DNA of 64,000 bases from Raillietiella orientalis (GCA_036172245.1 JAYWIR010000018.1:682001-746000), one strand, 5' to 3'. Positions 1 through 12,203 are shown, counted from the first letter of the stretch. The notes: generated by a model not told the origin, from the letters alone. A program made the numbers and translations.

Positions 1-41
1 TAAAGGTTCTAATCCTGCAAATTTATAATATTCACTTGCAG

Positions 42-763
42 GATTAAAATTGCATTCGACTGATTTAGCTGCAAGCCCAAACTCCCCATCACAAAAAACT
101 TACATAGATGTAAACGACAAAACTTCCGTATTTACGGTACATCCTGATATAAAAGAGAAACTATCCTCTGTATTGAAAGAAGTCAAAATCATTCTTACTC
201 GTATCGATGAGAACAAAAATCCGAACGAAGTGAACAAAACTTCTAAACCAGATCATGAAATCATTAATCAGGAATCAAGCAGTGAAATAAATGAGGGATG
301 TAGTGTGGCATCACAGCAGAGTACTTGGTTTAATACAGCAGGAAGTGAGGAGCATTTAGAAACCATAAGAAAATCAGGTAAACCATTTTCATGCACAATT
401 AGTAGATAGAATCTGATTCCATATAGAAATTCATCTTCCATTAATTCAGAGCAAGCCAGGTACTCAGCGTTATGAGAAGAGTTTAAATCAGATGCTAAAG
501 GATGACATAGCACAGAGACCTTTTCAGACAGACTTCATTTCACAGGAGGAACTAGCTGCTATTCAGTTGCCTAAGGTTGCTTCCACAATCATAGTTGAAT
601 CAGGGGAAGATGTGTATGATGTGTTCTAGATAAAAGCATGGTTTACTCACATAAGTTCCTCTGATTCAAGTGATTTAAACTCAAATGATGAATGGAATGG
701 AGATACTTATGATATATCCAGTGAATGTGCATCAACTTCAGATCTAAGTATATTGGAAGACAA
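42..763 (+). CDS. Probable internal/3' exons of an unidentified spliced gene entering from the left edge (Ser/acidic-rich, likely disordered)
   Basis: Acceptor TTGCAG ends at 41, followed by an open frame (LKLHSTDLAAS...RKS). Candidate donors at about 378 (GTAAAC) and 764 (GTGAGT). A further short open stretch reads SSDSSDLNSNDEWNGDTYDISSECASTSDLSILED. No recognisable domain. Confidence 0.3.
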
Positions 764-1559
764 GTGAGTAGTCTTCATTGTATCTGATTGCATTCTTCTA
801 GTTGTGTTGAATTTTTTAATGCTAAATACATGAAGAGAAGAAATACTCATATGAGGTAATCTCCAAAATTCATGAACATCAATGAGCAGTTTTGCAATCC
901 AGATCACCACTCCAGATGAGCTGTGAACAATAATCTTGTAGTTTGTGTGTTGTAAGATCAGATGTTGCATTAGGTGCACACAAGGAAATGTACCATTACA
1001 ATCAAATAAAACATATTGAATCCCAATTCATCCAACTTTGTTAATTTGCTTGTTATTTTGATGGTGTTGATAGGTAAACTGTAATGATAGCTACTGATTT
1101 TATTCTGCTAACAATTATGCACTTTCTTTAAATCCGTGGTGCTTGAAATAAGATGCAGTATAAAGCATGAAGTTCCAGATAAGATTACAGATCAGTGATA
1201 GTACATGGAGTTGTCTTGTGGTGTATGCAGCATATAGTTGGAACTTGGGAAATTAAAACATCTCTAGGAGGATCCTAAGGATTATTAAGAATTCAGAAAA
1301 ACTTATCCGAAATGTAAATTCTTTCCTCAGGATAAAAGCTTTTCAAGCAATCGTGCGCAAGTGCATCTTTGGTGTTGAAGCTGAACTTAAACGTAAAATT
1401 AGTGAACATGCCAAAAATCCCACCACTCAAGCAATATCACGAAACAAAATTTCAGGGGCCATCATGCGTTGTGAATTTTTGGTTCTGAACAGAAGCAGCT
1501 GTCCGCTTGTAGGCATTTAAAAATTCCAGTTCAAATAAAGTATTCTAGCACGGGGGGCG

Positions 1560-2400
1560 TATTCACCAGTTGGTTCCTGGTGTCAGCACATCATCAGGTA
1601 AGAAGGGAACACGGGCTACACTATAGGAAAAGTGTACTTCAAAGCGTTTGCAAGAAAACCGACCTTCACATGTCAATAAGATTACTTGTGCGTCTAACTT
1701 TACCTTAAGAAAATACCAAACGGCCAATTCGTATGGTCTGTGCATTTATGGACCATCCTCCAGCGCATTTCGGATGCTGCTTCCTGATAAGACTCCGATG
1801 AAGCGCAGAGGCACGTAAAAATGAGAAGGTTACTACCAAAAGATGCCCACGATAAAGAAACGTGTCGTTTATCACCATTGAAACACAGTACTTTCGTAAA
1901 AGTACTTTCACGTTAAGGGATTCTTTGTGCAATCAGACAACTCACACCCATGAGGTCCATGAGCGGCGGCTACCCCTCTATTGCGGTTCGCTTCCTTCCG
2001 TAACCTGAATCACGTGTGGGATGCCTTGTAGAATGTGAAATGGACTTTAGATATTCACGAACGTGTTCACTCTGCAAGAACAAACACTGCTGTTCATGAA
2101 AATACTGAGCATCAGCATGTAAGTGGTCAAGATTGCCTAGCCAGGTTATGGTAGCGCGCACCTCTTGGATCTCTTCTGCATCCCAGTTCAGAGGCTTCAG
2201 TCATGCAAATCGCTGCAGTTCACGTTTGTGACATTCACATTTCTACGTTTTTTAATGCCAATCCCCTCTGGCACTGAAAGGTTTTTCATAAGAAGCGTAT
2301 CTCATTTTACAACAAGGAGCCTTAGACTGCTCGTATATCTGTTGAGAAATTCCATTTATAGCAGCAACAGGCCTACTTTGAATCTCACTTTTCCATCCCC
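1560..2400 (-). mobile_element. Decayed Ty3/Gypsy pol relic (RNase H-integrase linker)
   Basis: INDTFLYRGHLLVVTFSFLRASALHRS resembles the Gypsy DGLLYRGxRLVVPxxLRxxxLxxxH segment; broken by stops and frameshifts. By-eye motif match only. Confidence 0.25.
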
Positions 2401-2452
2401 CTGGACTTCTAATGTGTCGCCTATTCATTAGAATACTAAGAATGGTACAAAA

Positions 2453-2474
2453 AGAGAGAGAGAGAGAGAGAGAG
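2453..2474. repeat. (AG)n microsatellite
   Basis: About 11 perfect AG units seen directly. Confidence 0.9.
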
Positions 2475-3399
2475 GAAAGAAAAGAAAGGAATAGGTCGTA
2501 AAGATAAGGACTAAATTGGAGTACAGAACAACCCAATTGCATTCACTCAGTTTAATCGCTGCTTCATTTTTTTCATCACTTATGTTGTCACCGGTGCAAA
2601 GAAAAGCAATCCATACAGAGATCTATGCACTCTTTAATCATAATTCGTTCCTGGCCATCTTTTTAGTAGGATATCGTATAAATTCTAGATGCACTTCTGC
2701 AATCGCTGTTGCAGTTTTCTTTCCATATCAAAGAGTGCCTATTTTCTTCATTTTCCTCGAAAGAAAACCTGCATTCTTTCGATTGCAGAACAAGAATTCG
2801 GCTTTGATGGCAGAGTTTAGTTCTTATTCTGTGCTTCCTTGGAGTGCATGGTTCGAGTACCTCTCCATTGGTCCCCTCATATCCACAGCCAAAGAGCTGT
2901 TGAGACGAGCTTGGGAAAGACCCACAACAGCTGTGCTATAAGAAACATGACTCATTTCACATAGTCATGCCAAAGAATGTCCTATTATTCTCCTTACTTC
3001 CATATCTCTGCTCATTTCAGGGCGTACGTACTCTACCAGAAGATGGTTGGGAAGGACAACAATCCGCCTTTGCAGAAATGTCTTATTAGGACTGCTGACT
3101 GTGCAGTACTTCTTGCACTGCTAATATTCCCCCCCCCCCCCAAAAGACAGTTCAAGAAGAAAGTGTGTAGCATCACCTGGATTTAGAGTTTGTACTCATA
3201 AGACAACTGAAAGTCAACACGCGATCCTAGTCTGCGTGGTGTGCCATCGCAAATTTCTTTCCAAAACCTGTTTCCCTTTTCTTTATCTGGAAAAATGCTC
3301 TTGAAACTTTAACTGAAAACACACGTGTTTTTCGAAATTGCGCAACAATTCGAAAAACCGATCCTTTACCTCATCCGGTCACGAGGTCACGCCTTGTGG

Positions 3400-4600
3400 G
3401 TAGCACCACCCGGCATGACCACCGCTATACATATCGCGCATACAACCTCCAGGTTCAGTCTCACCAACTTTATGACGCAGTGCCATACGCGGAATACAAT
3501 TCTTGGTGTTTCACTTTAAATAGCAACACAGAGGAAGAACATGGATTCCTCAGAAGATGTATGTGGTGCAACTTCACAGTCCTCGGGAGAGAAGTTTTCC
3601 GCCCAATCAAGAGGAACTCCTCACATGCGAAGATACTTCCAAATGATCTGTGAGCAAATGTCTGGAAAATCGACCAGTTATTACCCATCATCCTGGATTA
3701 AGCTTTTCGTGGTTGCCTAGGCGTCCTGGATCGTTCTGACAACTTGGCATCGGCTCAAGGTTGCTCGGAGAGTCAGCTGATGCCGCTGGGAAGAAGTCGC
3801 TGCATTCCAGGAACTAACTCCCTGCAGGTTTCAGAGAAAGTCAGACAAGGGAAGGCACACAAGCAAGGACCGCGGGATGGAAACTTCCCGATCAATGAGA
3901 AGGCCCCGGAGGTGGCGAAGAGCACGAGGTCTCCGCGTATCACCACACGCGCGGACCCAGCGCCACTGTATCCTTGCCTTAGCAGCAGGGGAGAGCCCCC
4001 GTAAGTAGGAGCAGCAATAGCCCACAAGATAGACAACAAGCTGCGCCCTCTCCAGGATCGAACTGCGTTCAGCTCCGTCCGCGGCGGACTGCTGGCAGCT
4101 TCAGAAGTTCGCCCGCTTGAGTTTCGAAGACAGTGGGGTGTCGGGCAGGGAGGCGCGCTTGCCCTCTCGTGTCCAGGGTGCGCCCGGTTCGGCAAGATTG
4201 CATGAACCACGGCATCCACATTATCTCCCAGTCTCGCACGATGGCCCATTCAATCTCTCAACATTGCGTATTCTTGGGAGGGACGTCCGGCTTGAGAGAG
4301 CAAATGCACGGTGCACGCAGGGGTGCGATGGGCAAAGACGAGAAATCCCCCTTTAAGCCACTCTTGCTATATGGGATAGAGCGGACACAGAGGACGCTAC
4401 CTTAAGAGGCAGTTTCCGAGTTGGATCCTGGACGATATTGGGGGTGGAGGAAGGGGACGCGTGTATTCAGGAAAGGCCGCAGGGAACGGCTAAGCCGCAA
4501 AGGGCATGAAGCACTCACGGGCTTTCATTTCGTGAGCTCCATGGTAACGATGAGCATCCCAGCATCGCTCTCTTGTGAGGTGTGCCCGAGTCCGTAAAGA
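3400..4600 (+). mobile_element. Decayed Ty3/Gypsy pol relic (RT-RNase H-integrase Zn finger)
   Basis: Eroded motifs occur in Gypsy order: PYAEY (PFGL-like), PIILD* (YLDD-like), GNFPINEK, FKPLL (HKPL-like), GMKHSR...SCEVC (HHCC-like). Many disablements. Confidence 0.3.
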
Positions 4601-5123
4601 ATCGTGACGGCTGCCGTTCTCCTCGGGGACCTCGCGTGGACTCGACCAACGGGCCTCTTTTTCTTCTTCTCTTCTTCCTTCTCGTCCCACCCTATTCGAG
4701 ACCCGAAATGCAAGGAGCGAGAGAGATTGCCGGTTTCCTCGTCTCGACGAAAAGGAAGGGCAGGGGATGCTCTTCCGTCGCTATTTGATGGCCATTCGTC
4801 TCGCAGCAAACCTCCACAGTGGCTGCAAAAGGCTCCCAGCCATCCATGTGAACGAATCTGATCGAGTGGTTTCGGGAGTGCGAAGCAGCCGAGAGCGGGA
4901 AAACTCCAGAGTGAGGAACCGACTCGCTGCAACCTCGCGTGAGGTGATCTTCACCAGAGGCAAGAGTCTGGGGGGGTTCTCACGGTGCGTCGCCCGATCC
5001 TAGGAGTCCAGACCAGCTCCGACCACGACCAAACAGAAAGGAAAAAAGAAAGAAAGAAAAAAGGCTGAGAACAACGAACTGAAAGAGACGGCGACCATCC
5101 AATTTTCCAATTGGATGACTCCA

Positions 5124-5161
5124 GAAAAGGAATGTCGGACCTGAAAAAGGAATGTCGGACC
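5124..5161. repeat. Short direct repeat (AAAAGGAATGTCGGACC x2, 20-nt period)
   Basis: Seen directly. Confidence 0.85.
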
Positions 5162-6903
5162 GAAGCCACTGGTCTGAAACAGGAGATTAATCTACGTCAC
5201 CAAGAGTAACACTGTGATTTCACTGAGGTGTAGCATTCATCTTACCCACATTCAGAGATTGCGGATGAGCACACGGCTCTGTGCGACCTGTGGTTTGCAT
5301 GCAGTTTGTTAAGCGAGCTCGGGGTACAAGACAAAAAAAAAAAAGGAGGGGAGGGAGCAAAGGCACGAATATACTGAACCGTTGAAACGGCAAAAAAAGA
5401 AAAAAATGCGCTTCAAGAGCAAGACCTTGAGGCACTCTTCACGGCATCTGGAAAAAAAATTCTTTTCGCCTAAATCGCTGATGCAGGAACAGCCAGCCGC
5501 TAGCGAAGCGAATGGCGCAACAATGGCTGCGGTGGGCGAGGGGGGGGGGAACAAAGCAAGAAGTCCCCCCCCCCCCAAAAAAAAAAAAAAAAAAAAAACG
5601 GGGCTTTGGCAGGGGACGGCAGCGGACGAGCTGCTCCTGCGCGCAACCACTGCCAAGCGAGGAGACGCCCCAAACCTCCCACCTCTCCGGTGGGATTTCG
5701 GGAGCGATCCCGGAAAGCGGTAGGGAACCGGGGAGCGGTATCCTCCTCCCCCGCTGACGCGGAGCTAGGCGTTTTGCACACAAGCGGACCTCAACGTTAT
5801 GCCCGAGGGGGGGGCGGCTTCGCCCCGCGGGTGCAGCATGCGGGCTCGCCTCGTTTGCGACCGGACCCCGAGGGTCGCCAGCGACCCAGACAAAGAGGAC
5901 TGCTCCGGCGATCCCCTTTGGGGATGCTACGCGCCCTGAAACGCTCTGTCGGAAGGGAGCGGTGCCCGGTGCACGCAGCGGGAAGTCGGCGTGCTGTCTC
6001 CTTCCTTCCTCCCCTATTTCCTCGTGCCCGGGAGTGCCCCACCTCCGCGACTCAACTCGTATGTTCTCATTCCCGAAGGCACAAGGCCAGCCAGCCAGGC
6101 CTTTTTGGCGGGACCAAAAAAACTTCCCTCGGACAGATCCCTTCCCCCCCCCCCTCCCCATGGTCCTCCCAGCGTCCCTGCATCCCATCTGGCCTGGAGT
6201 GCTGTGCCCCTGGCAGCTCCCGTTACGTGTCCTACGACGTTGTCTACGGGTGAATTTGTGGGGCAAGCTGCTCCGGAGAGCGGCGTGAAGAGAGCCGTCT
6301 TGAGGGCTTGATGGCCTCTGAGTCAGCAGCACCGAAGATCAGTGGGGGGAAGAAGGTGGGGGCTCGCCTTCCCTAGCCGGTGGAGCGAACCAGCCGCCCG
6401 CAGCACCCGGCAGGTCGTCACCCCGGTGCGCGAGGAGCGCCTGCTCTGCGCCTCGCCTGTGGGGCGGCGTTCGCAAACTGATGGCACCGACGCAACTGTT
6501 GCGCTCCTTGCCGCGAGCGCAGGAGGTCCGTGGACACCACTCCGAATCGATTGCGACCCTTGCGAAATAACTCCTTGCTGGGGTTGCGGCAAGCGGATGA
6601 AGTAGGCAGGAAGGACCAACGCACTCCCTCCCTATCCCTCCTTTTTTCCTAAAGGAGGCGCCGCTGGGATCCCGGCACTTCCAGGCACCTCTTCCCTGCG
6701 GTGGCGCCCCCTTCCCTCCCCCTCCACCAACCGCAGCGCCAAGGAGCAAACGATCGGCGAGCCGTTCGCTCCACAGCGCTTCCCTCTCCAGACTGCGTTC
6801 CCGTCCTCCCTCTTCCGTGCTAGGGGAAGGCTACTGAGGCGCGGGCGCCTAGCGAGTCGTGCGGGCATAGACCAGGGAAGGGGAGATGTGTTTTCGGCAG
6901 TGG

Positions 6904-6980
6904 TCCCATTGGCGGCCGCGTGGCTGCGATGTCTCCGCGCGTGCCACCGAGCGTCGCGAGTTCGAATCCTGCCCAGGGAA
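6904..6980 (+). pseudogene. tRNA-like sequence (degenerate tRNA or SINE head)
   Basis: Perfect B-box/T-loop GTTCGAATCC at 6960-6969 in a near T-stem (GCGAG/CCTGC). A-box-like TGGCGGCCGCGTGG. Ends TCCC...CCAGGGAA resemble a tRNA-Glu acceptor stem. The anticodon arm is not canonical. Confidence 0.3.
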
Positions 6981-7079
6981 GGATAGACGCCGCCGAGAAA
7001 TATGGGGGTGCTCCGTGCGTTCGAGTCCCCCCCGCAAGATGACGGTACATATGCTACTTCGCAGTACGGCGGTTACATC

Positions 7080-7157
7080 GACTGCTTTAGCGGTACATAT
7101 ACTAAAATTGGAACGATACAGAGATTAGCATGGCCCCTGCGCAAGGATGACACGCAA
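7080..7157 (+). ncRNA. U6: U6 spliceosomal snRNA copy, 3'-truncated and probably a pseudogene
   Basis: ACATATACTAAAATTGGAACGATACAGAG-ATTAGCATGGCCCCTGCGCAAGGATGACACGCAA matches the conserved U6 core, preceded by a 5' hairpin ACTGC-TTTA-GCGGT. It has a 3-nt deletion (ACAGAGAAGATTAGC to ACAGAGATTAGC) and lacks the 3' ATTCGTGAAGCGTTCC..TTTT. Confidence 0.88.
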
Positions 7158-7899
7158 GAAGACGATGGTTGGCCTCAAAGGCTTCGGGTGAGGCACTGGA
7201 GGAAAACGGTTGCCCCCGATGACTGGCCGGAATTGAAAGTGGACCCTCCGGGATCCTTCCGAGAATCAAGGAGTCCTTCAAGGTTCCTCTCCGGTCGTGC
7301 AAATGGAGCTGTCCCTTCCCTCGGGAGGGGGGGGGAGCCCTCCATCTCGTACCATAGAGCTGGTGGATCGATGATGCCTCTCCAGAGTCTTAAGAAATGC
7401 TCTGCTCCCTTCGGGGAGCAACCCTGAAGGGAAATTGGAGAGCGTCCCTTCTGGGTCCTCTCCAGAGGACGAAACAGAGAACCGTTCCCTTAAAGATGGG
7501 TTCCTTTCGGAGAAGAAATGAGGAGTGCCTCCTTCGAGGAGATGCTCCAGAGAGAATAAGGGAGATGTTCCCTTAGGAGTTCCTTCGGAAACTTGCCGCC
7601 GCGCCACCCTTCCTAAGGGAGGCGAAGGGCAGTTGTCAACCGGCGAGGTGGAAAGCCTCGTGCGAGACCGCAGGCAGGAGGAAGGCAGCGGTTGATTGGA
7701 CCGTGGGGCAGCTGCTGACCGATATGTTGCCATCCCAAGCGCCTTTCCACGAGGACTTGCACGTTAGGGCAAGCTGCTCGGCATTCTTCGGGAAGACTGG
7801 AAGTAGTTCCTGGTGTTCGAGGATAGCAGCGCTCTCCTCCTGAAGTGGAAGGGGTCGGCACTTCTGCTGTTGCGCTGGGGTCTTCCCTGAAACTCCTGC

Positions 7900-10800
7900 C
7901 GCCACCACTGGGCACTGGGGAGGACGAGCTCGGGATTGTCGCAGGCACGGGGAACAGGAATCCCCCTTCCCGCACCTGCTCGTGGACTGTGCTGCCCTCC
8001 GGCGCCTCTGAAAAAATCTTGGGACGACCCTGTAGACCCCGGATGGCAACCTCAAGGACGTGCAAAGGATTCTTACAAAGTCCTCTTCGTGCGGGATGCC
8101 CTGCAGCCAGTCGCAGCCCCAGCAGCTCTCTGCTGCATCCGCGGGATTGCGGCGGCCTGGAGAGACGCTCAAGGAGAAAAATGAGAGAGGGACGCCATCG
8201 AGTGAGCACTTTTCTTTCCGCGGCGGGTAGCAGCAATATGACCCCACACCTAGGTGTGCATTCGGGACCGACCTAGCCGGCATGCTGGAAAGGACGCAGA
8301 GGGAGCTCTCCAGCAGACAGTGTGGTAACTTCCTGGCCTTCCAGCTTTTTATGTGTCTTTTCATCCCATGAACTTTGTTTTCTTTTATTTTTCTTTTTGT
8401 TCCCCCCCCCCCACTTCTCTCCGGCCTGTGGACCGTCAACCCGGCAGGTCCGCGGACAAACGTGCGTGTGGTAGGAGGACCATGCGAACCACAGTTTGTG
8501 AGTTTCTTTTAGGTTCTAAACCACTCCCTGGCGCGTCCGAGAGGAAATCGGGGACGACCGGAGGAGGAGGGTTCCTTGCCGAGAGCAAGAGGAAACGGGC
8601 TCCTTTCTCTGGAGCCCTTGCTGGACTCGTAGGGAGGATGGTGGGAAGAGAAGCCTCAGGCCACTTCGGAGCGCCCTGTTGGCAAACCTGGCGGAAGAGC
8701 ACGCCTTCCCAGATGTGCGAGGGGGCGCGCGCGCCACCCGCAGCTGCGTCGTCGCATTCGCGGAAAAGGCACCCGCGCAGCTTCAAGTGGCGCGGTGGAG
8801 CGCGGAGAAAGAGCCGGGCGGGATGAGTCACAGGACCGAGAAAGGCGGGCGGGAACCGCGAGGATGGCAGCGTGCGGCGGCGTGACTCCGCGACGCCACG
8901 CTGTCGGGAAGGAAGGGGAGGGACCATAGGATCTGCAGCAGTCGAAAGGGACGGTATCCCGCGCGGAGGAGATGTAGGCCCCGGCGGAGGGCAAAGCAGG
9001 GAGGGGGTAGCATCCTGCATCTTCAACCCGCCAGTGCGGGCGCCGCCAGGTGGGATCTCGGCGGAGCCGTCCACAGCCCTCGAAGGGCATCGGACGCAGG
9101 GATGCTGGGCACGCTAGCGGCTTAGGGTTCCGAAGTCTGCTGCCCTCCGCGGGGCTTTTGAATCCTGCCCGCCCACCAGCGATCCCTCATCCTAGCCTTC
9201 CCACGGCCGGCTGCCTTTCGCGAGGCCTTCAGGAGGACGAGTCCAAGAAAGAAAGCTAGGAATGCGGGCGCCAACTGAGAATCCCGAACTCTGCCTTTGA
9301 CGTCACGTTTTGGGGGACTGTTCACCGAAAGCGTCACAATGCCCGAAGCAGAGAAACGCAGATCTGGAATGGGACGCGCGACCGCTGGCAATCACGATGG
9401 CCGTGCACGGACACGACAGCCCTCTTCCCGCGTCTCGAGCTACTAAGAAGATACTTTCGAAGTGAACGGCAGAGAGCAGCGCGGGAGCCGCGAGACAGAG
9501 GGCCGAGAAAGGAGGGGGGGAGGGGAGGTTGAGGTGAGCTCATGCCGCCTCGTGGAGAGCTTCTCCAAGATGGCGGGGGCGGCGACCAAATGCTTGTTTG
9601 ATGAGACGCAGTGCGTAATCCTGGTCGAATTCTTATCTCCTCTGAATACCAGCCGCGACGCACACGTCGCGCGCGCGTCATCTCCGTCACGGCCGCGATG
9701 AAGAGGGGCTCTTGCGATCCAGTCCGATATCGTCTCCGGTTTCGGGAGCTGTCTCTAGCTACTCGGTTTGCCGGAACGCGCACGCGGTGGCATTTCGGCG
9801 GGTGCGCAGGTGGCTGCCAGCGTGAAGTGAATTCCCCTACCCCCTTCCCCCCACTGTTGAGCTTGCGGCGGAGGCGGTGAGGACCGTCGCCTGTCAGCGC
9901 GGAGGCATGGAGTCCGGAGAGGATGCCCCTGCGAAACGGAAGCCCTACTCGTACCTCGTCTCGCCGGAAATGGAAAGGTGGAAGAAGGAGTTCGGATTCT
10001 ACCAAAAGAAGTAATTGAAGCCCCTCACCCCTTCCCCAGATCGGACCTGCTCCGCGGAGGCGAGCAGGTCCCGGCTCGCGCCGCCCGCAGACCTTCGCGC
10101 AGGCGTGTTTCCAGCGAGGTGTGTGCGGCGGGTCGGGGAAACCCCCGCGTGTCCCGAACGCACGTGGCGGGTCTGAACCGCGAGGAGTTCGGGAGGGACT
10201 GTACTTCCTGCAGCCATCCCGCCGCCACGGGGTTCGTCCGATCCCCGCCTGGCTCCGGCGTCCAGCTGGCACCTACGGAGGAGGCCGCCAGGAAGGCGGC
10301 CGCGAGAGGGGTGCGGGTGTGCCCGGTATGGACACGATGCGGTGTTTTGTGTTCGTGTAGCTCCGGTGCCCGTCCATTCAGGGTCACGCAGTAGGGAGTG
10401 CAGACGGCCGCGTCGTCCGTGCGGGGGCGGATCAGACGACCTGCGTGGGGAAAACTGCGGGGATCTCTCCGCAACTTCGCGTAATCGCTCTGTCTCGCCG
10501 GACGCTGCTCCTGTGGGTGTCTTTCCCTCGGGGGGGGGGAGGCGCGCGTTCTCCCGGGAGGGAGGGGCCTGCGCAGCTGCCTGCAAGGACAGTGCCGGTA
10601 TCTGCGCAAGGCCGACGGATTTTCGAGAACGCGAAGACCGCTTGACGTCACCGGACATGGTACATGGGTACTTTCCGGTTGACTGCGTCGTCACTCGCCT
10701 GCGTTGCTATGGCAGGCGCAGGCGAACACGGGTATGCACGCAAGTAGTCTATGCAAGCCATTCCTCCATAGACACATGCGCGCGCTGCGAAGCCCTCCCG

Positions 10801-11800
10801 AGAGCACTCACACGCCTCGTGCTCAGCATTCGAGACTTACGGAAATCGCCGCCGGCGACGCTACCGGCGGCAAACTTGCGAACCTCACAGATAGCGTGCG
10901 CTCTCTCGGTCTTAGCGATGAAGGATGGGGAAGGGGGGGGGGGGGTGAGAACGCTACAGGAGGCAGCGCTTCTTCTGGCGAGTCCGGACCCGGGTTCGAA
11001 AACTCTCTGGAAGACGCATATTGGGAAGGGCGTCGGCAGATGCGCGTCCGGTCCGTGCCTGTCGTCGGCGCTGCCAAGTCGAACAGGCAGCAGCGGCAGA
11101 CCTGGAAGGGGCTGCTGCTGGAGTGATCCCGTGGGAGAAGGCCGAATTTTTTTCCCAGCAAAAAGAAAGCTCCTGGAGTCTTCGGCTGTGTGTGTGTGAG
11201 GGGGGGAAGGGGAAGCGTTGCTGCGGCTCTGCCTTCGCTCGAGGCACGCCATGGTCTTCGCGCAGCCTTTTCGTCGCTGAGGAAACGCACTTGGACGTAT
11301 GCCGGAGAGATGCAGACCCACAGCCGCAGCAGAAGTTCGGTCATGGAGCAAGCATCCGCTCCAGGGAGCCTCGGACACCCATCGCGGTGGTTTGCGGGGA
11401 GACCCCTGCGCGTTTTCGCCCTCACAGCTCGCCGTCGCTAGAAAGACCGAGGCGTGCAGCCCCGTCCCATTTGCTGGACTTCCTGTACCGGCCCGCCAGT
11501 GCCCGCGGACCCGACCGTCTCCGTGACTTCACTCCGCCGGGTGCGCGTACGCTCGCCCGCGATGCGCGTGAAGATCGTCCCGCGATCGAAGAGGTCGCCA
11601 AGGCTGCCAGAAGGGACTGAAGCGGACCCAGGCAGATTCTCTCGCTGGAGATGCCGGAGAGCCAGCCTGGAGGCAGCTCTCCCTCCAGAGGACACCGTCA
11701 TCGCCGCCCGAGTGATGGCCGCCTGGGTGACACAGCTCTCCCACCGCCTCCGCACGCGGAACGCTGAGAGGCACGAGCGCGAGGTCGCTTTGCTGTGTCG
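7900..11800 (+). mobile_element. Possible very old DIRS-type (tyrosine recombinase) retrotransposon relic
   Basis: Faint motifs in DIRS order and roughly DIRS spacing: KKSWDDP (gag), QVGSR (VGGRL-like), DTTALFPRLELLRRYFR (DLKDAY..HRxYLRF-like), ESFSKM, PDAAPVG (TDAS-like), QIACALS (ADxLSR-like), HLLDFL. GC-rich sequence makes chance matches likely. Confidence 0.2.
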
Positions 11801-12203
11801 CTCGGCGGCAGCATCTTTGCTGCCCTCCGGCGGGCAGGCAGGGGTGTGCGCCCTCCCCACCCCCTTCGATCGACTCAGACGCCTCCGTTCCGTCATGTCA
11901 TGCCCTCTTCCCCGAGGTGCAGCCGCGGCTCCCGGTCGCCTGCGCACCGGCTGCGGACTAGCGACGCCGTTCCTTCATTCGGTCTCTTCCAGGAACCTGA
12001 ACATCTTGAGCCCGAAAAGCGAGCTGGCGCTGGCCTTCGAGAAACGCGACCAGATGAAGAGGAAGAAGCAGGAGGAGCTGGAGAAGCAGGAGCTCCTCGA
12101 CAGCTGCTTCGGCGTGCTGAAGAATAAGCCGCGAGCTAGCAAGGGCGCCGCGGAGGGCGCGGATGTGGCAGCGGACTTATCTTCGTGCTCGCTGCTCAGA
12201 TAA
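9907..12203 (+). CDS. FAM107/DUF1151-like small coiled-coil protein (about 104 aa; exons 9907-10010 and 11993-12203)
   Basis: Phase-2 splice AA|GTAATT ... TTCCAG|G joins MESGEDAPAKRKPYSYLVSPEMERWKKEFGFYQKK to NLNILSPKSELALAFEKRDQMKRKKQEELEKQELLD. This resembles the FAM107 core LHRELLxNQKxGxNxLxxKxELxxxxEKR. An in-frame acceptor ending at 9897 allows an extra upstream exon. Confidence 0.65.

Noticed and set aside
5800..6620. Possible Gypsy RNase H/integrase relic (GPWTPLRIDCDP)
   Set aside because: Only one weak motif in GC-rich sequence; insufficient to call.
7130..7200. Dada-type U6-targeting DNA transposon insertion or an intron-split U6 gene
   Set aside because: U6 continues past its GCGCAA site. 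I found no duplicated target, no remaining 3' U6 half and no transposase in the window.
5300..11950. Many long overlapping ORFs (for example 5439-6332, 7636-8439, 9334-10272, 10342-11199)
   Set aside because: Arg/Pro/Gly/Ala-rich, open in several frames at once and without domains; expected from stop-codon scarcity in very GC-rich DNA.
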